The position numbers were made by a program, and so were the translations under genes. Below the pieces are notes generated by a model. It ran no database searches and was not told the DNA's origin. It saw only the letters and a program-made list of their open reading frames with translations. DNA of 64,000 nt, from NCBI GenBank assembly GCA_964613215.1, contig CAZTHK010000011.1:61297-125296 (forward strand), in the 5' to 3' direction. The stretch is from an uncultured bacterium (GTDB lineage Bacteria; Krumholzibacteriota; Krumholzibacteriia; Krumholzibacteriales; CAZTHK01). This document shows, piece after piece, positions 58,803-64,000 of this stretch (its first letter is position 1; each line of letters opens with the position of its first letter).

Positions 58803-59257
58803 GGTCTCACCTCCTCCGGTTTGATATTAATTAAATTTATTTCCTTTATATGGTTAAGCGTCCCGCTCCCCCAGCCCGGCGTCCCACGAAGAGAACCTGG
58901 CCGCAGTTTCTGGATATCCGGGGGCAGCCGGAAACACTTTTTTTCAAAAAAAGTCTCCGTTTGAAGCTTTCCTGACAAATTGTATTCATCCATCTGGAAT
59001 CAAGCTGAACCCGCTTCTCCGGGTACCCTATAAGTCCACCATACTCAGCTGGTTAATCAATCCCTCCCCGGGCCGGTTTTAACCTGGATAAATATAAAGA
59101 CAACCCCCTGGTACCCTGAACCGGGCTATCATCCTCTTCAACCAGCCCGGCTTAATCCGTCAACGACAACTATTGATAACTTATAAATCAAATTCCTGAA
59201 AAACTCAAGACGGATTAAAGTAGAAGTTGATTGAACACAGTAAAATGGAGAAACAGG

Positions 59258-60133
59258 CTACCCCACTGTCACCATGGCAATTCCGAACAGGGCCAGCAGA
59301 ACTGCTGCAGTTTTCCTCCTGGTGAAGGGTTCACCCAGAAACAGGGCGGCAAGTATGACGACATATATGGTGCTGGTCTGATTAAGGATGGCGGCAGTTC
59401 CCGCCCGGGTAAACTTCATCCCCCCCAGCCAGAATATCAGCGCCAGATAGGAACCCAGTATTGTACCGGTCAGGGAAAACTTCCAGTTTCTGGTGGGGCG
59501 GAATAACGCAAAATGCTCTCTCCTGTTCTTCGAAATCAGGGCTGCCGGTATAAGGGCGAACAGGCTTCCCAGCTGCCTGACCGTGGTGGCCCATATCAGG
59601 GGTGAATGGGACAGCACCGTCTTTGCAATAACCACCCCGAAGGCCAGCGTAGCCATTGCCCCCATACCCCATAAAAGCCCCACTGCCAGTTCCCTCCGGC
59701 TCAATTTCCCGGGAGGGGTGGCCCCTGAAGATATCACGATTGCCGTCACTATGAGCATCATCCCCCCTATCTGAATCAGCCCCACCTTCTCTCCCAGCAG
59801 GAGGAAGGCGAAAAATATAACAGATGGCGAGTACATGCAGTCCACCACTGCCATCAGCCCGGCTCCCACCAGATTGAGAGAGTGGTGAAACATGGTGTCG
59901 GATATGGCAATGGCAATAACACCGCTGGCAAACAGGATAAGATAATCCTGCAGTGGAGCCCGGTTCCATATATCCTCACCCATCACTTTCACCGTAATAA
60001 CCAGCAGAATGCTGGTTATCCCCACTCTGAAAAAGGTAAGACCAAAGGGTGGTATAGTCTTTCCCGACTTCTTAAAACATATTACTGCCACCGCCCATAT
60101 GAAAGCGGCAAGAAGGGCGAAAAGTTCTCCCAT
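59258..60133 (-). CDS. EamA/DMT-family transporter
   Basis: 291 aa with ~10 TM helices and duplicated EamA domains. Confidence 0.75.
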   Translation of the reverse strand: MGELFALLAAFIWAVAVICFKKSGKTIPPFGLTFFRVGITSILLVITVKVMGEDIWNRAPLQDYLILFASGVIAIAISDTMFHHSLNLVGAGLMAVVDCMYSPSVIFFAFLLLGEKVGLIQIGGMMLIVTAIVISSGATPPGKLSRRELAVGLLWGMGAMATLAFGVVIAKTVLSHSPLIWATTVRQLGSLFALIPAALISKNRREHFALFRPTRNWKFSLTGTILGSYLALIFWLGGMKFTRAGTAAILNQTSTIYVVILAALFLGEPFTRRKTAAVLLALFGIAMVTVG

Positions 60134-60209
60134 ATCAGTTTCCCCGAAAAACCGGCGGGGGATTATCCCCCGCCGGCCGAAAAATACGAATCTCTGTCGA
60201 TTGTACCGG

Positions 60210-62378
60210 TCAGTGTATGGTCATCTCATCCAGCAGCTTTTTGGCACCACTGAACCTGTCCACCACGAAGAGGATGTACCTGGAATCGACACTTATACAC
60301 CTGGTAAGATCCTCATCGAAGATGTAATCTGCAGATATGCTCTCGTAGTTACCGTCGAAGGCAGCTCCGATAACCTCTCCCCGGGCATTCATGATGGGGC
60401 TTCCCGAGTTTCCCCCGGTAATATCGCAGGTGGAGAGGAAATCCACCGGAACATCCCCCAGATACGCATCCCGGTAATCTCCCAGTTCGTCTTCCTGGTA
60501 GAGATCCAGAACCCTGTCCGGACAGTCGAAGGGGTCCTCTCCGGTATGCTTCTCCACTACCCCGTCCAGAGAGGTGATATAGTCGTAATAGACCGCATCC
60601 CTTGGCCAGTAGCCTTTCACCGTTCCGTAGGTAAGCCGGATGGTTCCGTTAGCGTCCGGATAGAAGGCTCCTCCCTTCCATCTCCGGTAGGCCTCTATCA
60701 GCTCAGGTCTGATGGCGGAGATGGCGCCATTGAATTCCTTGTTGTTCTTCTCCAGTTCCTTTAATTCACTGTCCAGACTCAGGGCCAGCCGGATGAATCT
60801 GTCGTCAAGCCCCACCACCTTCTCACGGGACAGCTCAAAAATACGCAGTCGTTCCTCTTCCGTACCAAGCGAGGTGCCGGAGTAAAGATCATCTACAGCA
60901 TTTTCAATTCTGGACTGTATATCCTCCCCGCCGGCTGCTTCAAGCAGGCTGTCGAAAGCTTCGATCCTCTGCTCTGGGGGCAGCTCCCGGGACATCTCCA
61001 GGAAATATTTGAGCACCTCCCTGTCCACATGCTGGTCATAACTCATCTGCATGGTACTGAGTCCCCTCTTCAGACGGGGTATATCCCTCTCCATATATCC
61101 GGGATCCCTCTCCATATCCTCTTTGGTCTTCTCCTCGCTCCAGCGGACCAGGGTTGTTGCAGCCCTGAGCATCTGGCATCCGAACCTGCTGAATCTGAGC
61201 ACAAAGTTCTTATCCCGGTATTCCTCCTGTTTATCATAAAGATCAGCTATGGAGGGAAGGACATCTCCGTACTTCCTCTTCATTTCAGGATTTTCCTCCA
61301 GCCAGTCTGTGAAATCCTCCTCTTCCGATCTCTTCAGGGCCAGAAGGCCTGCTTTCTCGAATCCCTCCAGCATACCCTGGTAGTTCTTCATTGCATTGTT
61401 GAGCATCTGGTCGTAGGAGGCCACCTTGATGGCCACCGAAGGATTGGCCTCCGCCTCACTCTGGTACAGGTCTATCATCTCCCCGAATACCTTGATTCTC
61501 CTGGGATACATCCAGTTCTGATGATAGGCGATAGAGTAGGATGAGCGGTACCTCATGGTTCTTCCGGGATAGCCTATTATCATGGCAAAATCGTCTCTCT
61601 TCACTCCCCTGGAAGAAATGGCCAGATGTACCTCCGGCTGATAGGGGACATTATCCCCGGAATACTCCGCCGAACTTCCGTCCGGTGCCACGTAGGCGCG
61701 GAAGAAGGAGAAATCTCCGCCGTGCCGGGGCCACATCCAGTTGTCTATATCACCGCCGTAGTTGCCTATCGAACCGGGTGGAGCATATACTATCCTTACA
61801 TCCTTCATGGTAAAATAGGTGAACAGCTTGTACTGCATCCCCCCGTAGAAGCTGGCCACCCTGCACCTGACATCCCTGTCCTTCTCCGCCTCCCTGATAA
61901 TCTCCTTGTTTCGCTTTTCGATGGCCTGGTATCTCTCCGCACCGTCCAATCCCCCTGCCGCTTCCAGCACCCTCTCGGTTACATCCTCTATGGAGATAAG
62001 CACCGATGCCTCATAGCCCCTGGCAGGCACTTCCTTATCATAGCTGTCGGCATAGAAGCCTTCCCTCATGAAATTGCTCTCCACCGAACTGGCTCTCTGG
62101 AGGGCGGTAAAGGCAACATGATGATTGGTAAGTATCAGGCCCTTATCCGATACGAACGAACCGGTCCCTCCGCCCAGATCGACTATGCCGTATGCGATGC
62201 CCTCGCCATCAGGAGTGTATATCTCTTCCCGGGAAAGTTTGAGTCCAAGTTCCTTCATATCCTCTGCCAACCCCCTGTCCAGCTTATCCAGCTGCCACAT
62301 TCCCTCCTCGGCGAAGGTGGCGGCGGAGCCAACCAGGCCCACTACCACCAGCACGGCTAAGATCCTGGCTAAACGCAT
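60210..62378 (-). CDS. S46-family dipeptidyl-peptidase (DPP7/DPP11-like), secreted
   Basis: Signal peptide plus catalytic-triad contexts TNHHV (His), DFSFFRAY and GGNSGSP (Ser). 722 aa. Confidence 0.85.
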   Translation of the reverse strand: MRLARILAVLVVVGLVGSAATFAEEGMWQLDKLDRGLAEDMKELGLKLSREEIYTPDGEGIAYGIVDLGGGTGSFVSDKGLILTNHHVAFTALQRASSVESNFMREGFYADSYDKEVPARGYEASVLISIEDVTERVLEAAGGLDGAERYQAIEKRNKEIIREAEKDRDVRCRVASFYGGMQYKLFTYFTMKDVRIVYAPPGSIGNYGGDIDNWMWPRHGGDFSFFRAYVAPDGSSAEYSGDNVPYQPEVHLAISSRGVKRDDFAMIIGYPGRTMRYRSSYSIAYHQNWMYPRRIKVFGEMIDLYQSEAEANPSVAIKVASYDQMLNNAMKNYQGMLEGFEKAGLLALKRSEEEDFTDWLEENPEMKRKYGDVLPSIADLYDKQEEYRDKNFVLRFSRFGCQMLRAATTLVRWSEEKTKEDMERDPGYMERDIPRLKRGLSTMQMSYDQHVDREVLKYFLEMSRELPPEQRIEAFDSLLEAAGGEDIQSRIENAVDDLYSGTSLGTEEERLRIFELSREKVVGLDDRFIRLALSLDSELKELEKNNKEFNGAISAIRPELIEAYRRWKGGAFYPDANGTIRLTYGTVKGYWPRDAVYYDYITSLDGVVEKHTGEDPFDCPDRVLDLYQEDELGDYRDAYLGDVPVDFLSTCDITGGNSGSPIMNARGEVIGAAFDGNYESISADYIFDEDLTRCISVDSRYILFVVDRFSGAKKLLDEMTIH

Positions 62379-62753
62379 TCAACCAACCTCCTGTCTTTAT
62401 AACTCCCGCTCGCCGGCCGGTGCCGGTTCGAAGAATCCGCCACGGCCGGAATTAACCATCCAGTCTCCATCCTGAGCGGCGGCGTCAGGTTGTATTATCT
62501 CCGGTGTGACTGGTCATACAAATTTAGAGGAAAAATAATAACATTATAAAGGGGGGTGTACAAATATTTCTTTAACCATGATTACTGATAAAAACAGCAG
62601 TACTCCCTGCCAGGCATATGTTGATTTACAAAATAACAATCATACCCCTTTAACTCCAGGCTGCCTCATTGAATTCAAAAAATACAGGGCCGGCCTGCCA
62701 GAATGTTATCATCATAACCCCCCAGCCGGGGACAGGCCTGTAAATCAACAGGC

Positions 62754-63578
62754 TTAATCTTGTGAGGAGGATTGGTCCCGGATCGATTCGAGCTGCGCCT
62801 GTATACCCGGAATCCCGTATCTGCTGTAAAATCCGGTTAATATCTCCCACAGCTCAGGGGTCAGCCTCCTTCGAACCTCCACCATTATATCCCGGGGGAT
62901 CTCCTTGTAGTAGGCTTCTGCAATAGCTCCCGCTATGCAGGCCAGGGTATCGCTGTCACCACCGAGTGAAATGGCATTTCTGACTGCATCTTCATATGAC
63001 ACCGAATCCAGGAAGGAGATGATTGCCTCGGGCACGGTCTTCTGGCAGGAGGCCTCCCATTGATATTCCGGTCTTATATCCAGCACCGTCCTGTCCAGAT
63101 CATATCCGAACTTCCCCTGAATCTCCCCCTCTATTTCCTCCTTGTCCGTCCCCTCTCTGGCCAGGAAAACAGCCAGGGCGGTGGCCTGTGCCCCCTTGAT
63201 GCCTTCGGGATGGTTGTGGGTAATCTCGGCCGTCTTCTCCGCCTCAGCCAGCACCTTCTTGCGGCTGTCGAAGGCAAAGCCCACCGGCGACACTCTCATG
63301 GCCGCCCCGTTACCCCAGCTGTCGTATGGCTCGTCTATAACCCCGAACAGCCATAGAACGAAGTTGCCCCCGTAGCCGGCTTCGGGATACCTGTTGCCAA
63401 TCTCCCGGATAGAATCCCTGTAGGATGTCCCGGTCATGATGGCATGTGCCACCGCCAGGGTGAGCACCGAATCGTCGGTGAACCGGGACTTCTCGCCGAA
63501 CAGGGGAAATTCCTTGGTCTTGATAGGGCTGGCTTCGTAAACCGAACCGATTATATCGCCTGCGATTGCTCCGAGCAC
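62754..63578 (-). CDS. ADP-ribosylglycohydrolase-family protein
   Basis: (V/M)LGAIAGDIIGS...GGDSDTLACIAGAIAEAYY matches ARH/DraG-family motifs. GTG start. Confidence 0.8.
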   Translation of the reverse strand: MLGAIAGDIIGSVYEASPIKTKEFPLFGEKSRFTDDSVLTLAVAHAIMTGTSYRDSIREIGNRYPEAGYGGNFVLWLFGVIDEPYDSWGNGAAMRVSPVGFAFDSRKKVLAEAEKTAEITHNHPEGIKGAQATALAVFLAREGTDKEEIEGEIQGKFGYDLDRTVLDIRPEYQWEASCQKTVPEAIISFLDSVSYEDAVRNAISLGGDSDTLACIAGAIAEAYYKEIPRDIMVEVRRRLTPELWEILTGFYSRYGIPGIQAQLESIRDQSSSQD

Positions 63579-63726
63579 GGGAATACCTTGTTCTGTTTTT
63601 TAGTATAACCTAAATTGAGCGATTTTGTACATGAAAAATCCCACCCGATGAGTTAAACTCTTGGTATAAATTAAAATTCCTCGAATGGCTCCGTTAGCGC
63701 CGTCAACCCATCAGGTGGGAGGAAAC

Positions 63727-64000
63727 ATGAGTAAGAATACCAGAGAAAACAAAAAGGTCAACCCCAAAATTGATAAAATTGGTGTAACCGATGAAAAGAT
63801 CACCGGCCGGGGCGGTCTGTCACTATTTGTGAAGTATCTTGAGGGGATAAAGATATACCCTCACCTGAACAGACTGTTCGGAGCATTGAGAAAGAGCAGG
63901 AAGGGGTTGCCGGTCTGTGAGATATTGGGGCAGCTGATCTGTTTCTTCGTGGACGGCACCAGCCGCCACGTTGTTCATTTCGACCGGCTGAAGGAGGATG
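63727..64000 (+). CDS. DDE transposase (IS4/IS1380-like), 3'-truncated by the window edge
   Basis: ATG at 63727 preceded by a GGGAGG RBS. The open frame runs to the window end: MSKNTRENKKVNPKIDKIGVTDEKITGRGGLSLFVKYLEGIKIY... The ITGRGGLSLF motif resembles the N-termini of IS4/IS1380-family transposases. Confidence 0.55.
   Translation, partial: MSKNTRENKKVNPKIDKIGVTDEKITGRGGLSLFVKYLEGIKIYPHLNRLFGALRKSRKGLPVCEILGQLICFFVDGTSRHVVHFDRLKED

Noticed and set aside
61626-62360. 244-aa plus-strand ORF within the S46 peptidase gene
   Set aside because: It is antisense to a CDS that has catalytic-triad motifs.

Overview
This is a 64 kb, high-GC (roughly 55-60%) chromosomal segment from a diderm bacterium. 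Gene content suggests an uncultured FCB-superphylum-like lineage: a T9SS C-terminal sorting domain, a BatA/MoxR/DUF58 cluster, an S46 peptidase, SurA-type chaperones and DXP-dependent PLP synthesis genes pdxA and pdxJ. Most of the window is densely packed minus-strand housekeeping operons: acdAB, gdhA, pdxJ, rsmA, tatD, metG, holB-ricT, envC-ftsX-ftsE, pdxA, surA plus two further PPIases, mfd, batA-DUF58-moxR, S9 and S46 peptidases, and pckG. Three accessory patches are embedded. (1) Positions 600-3550 hold an IS3 remnant and two type II toxin-antitoxin pairs (higBA, mazEF-like). (2) Positions 51.7-53.7 kb hold a low-GC BglII/BamHI-like restriction-modification pair. (3) An IS transposase begins at the 3' window edge. 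The most notable call is a peroxiredoxin whose peroxidatic cysteine codon is an in-frame TGA followed by a SECIS-like hairpin, so I read it as a selenocysteine peroxiredoxin. It sits beside a family-1 encapsulin operon with an encapsulated-ferritin cargo carrying a C-terminal targeting peptide, and a dodecin, so the three together look like an oxidative-stress and iron island. Other unusual architectures are a D-Ala-D-Ala-ligase-like ATP-grasp fused to an M20 peptidase and followed by gamma-glutamyltranspeptidase and a GNAT gene; a TatD hydrolase fused to a radical-SAM domain; and a T9SS-sorted protein with 8 tandem ~47-aa repeats. All functional calls are from reading the translations against remembered family motifs. 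No database search was run.
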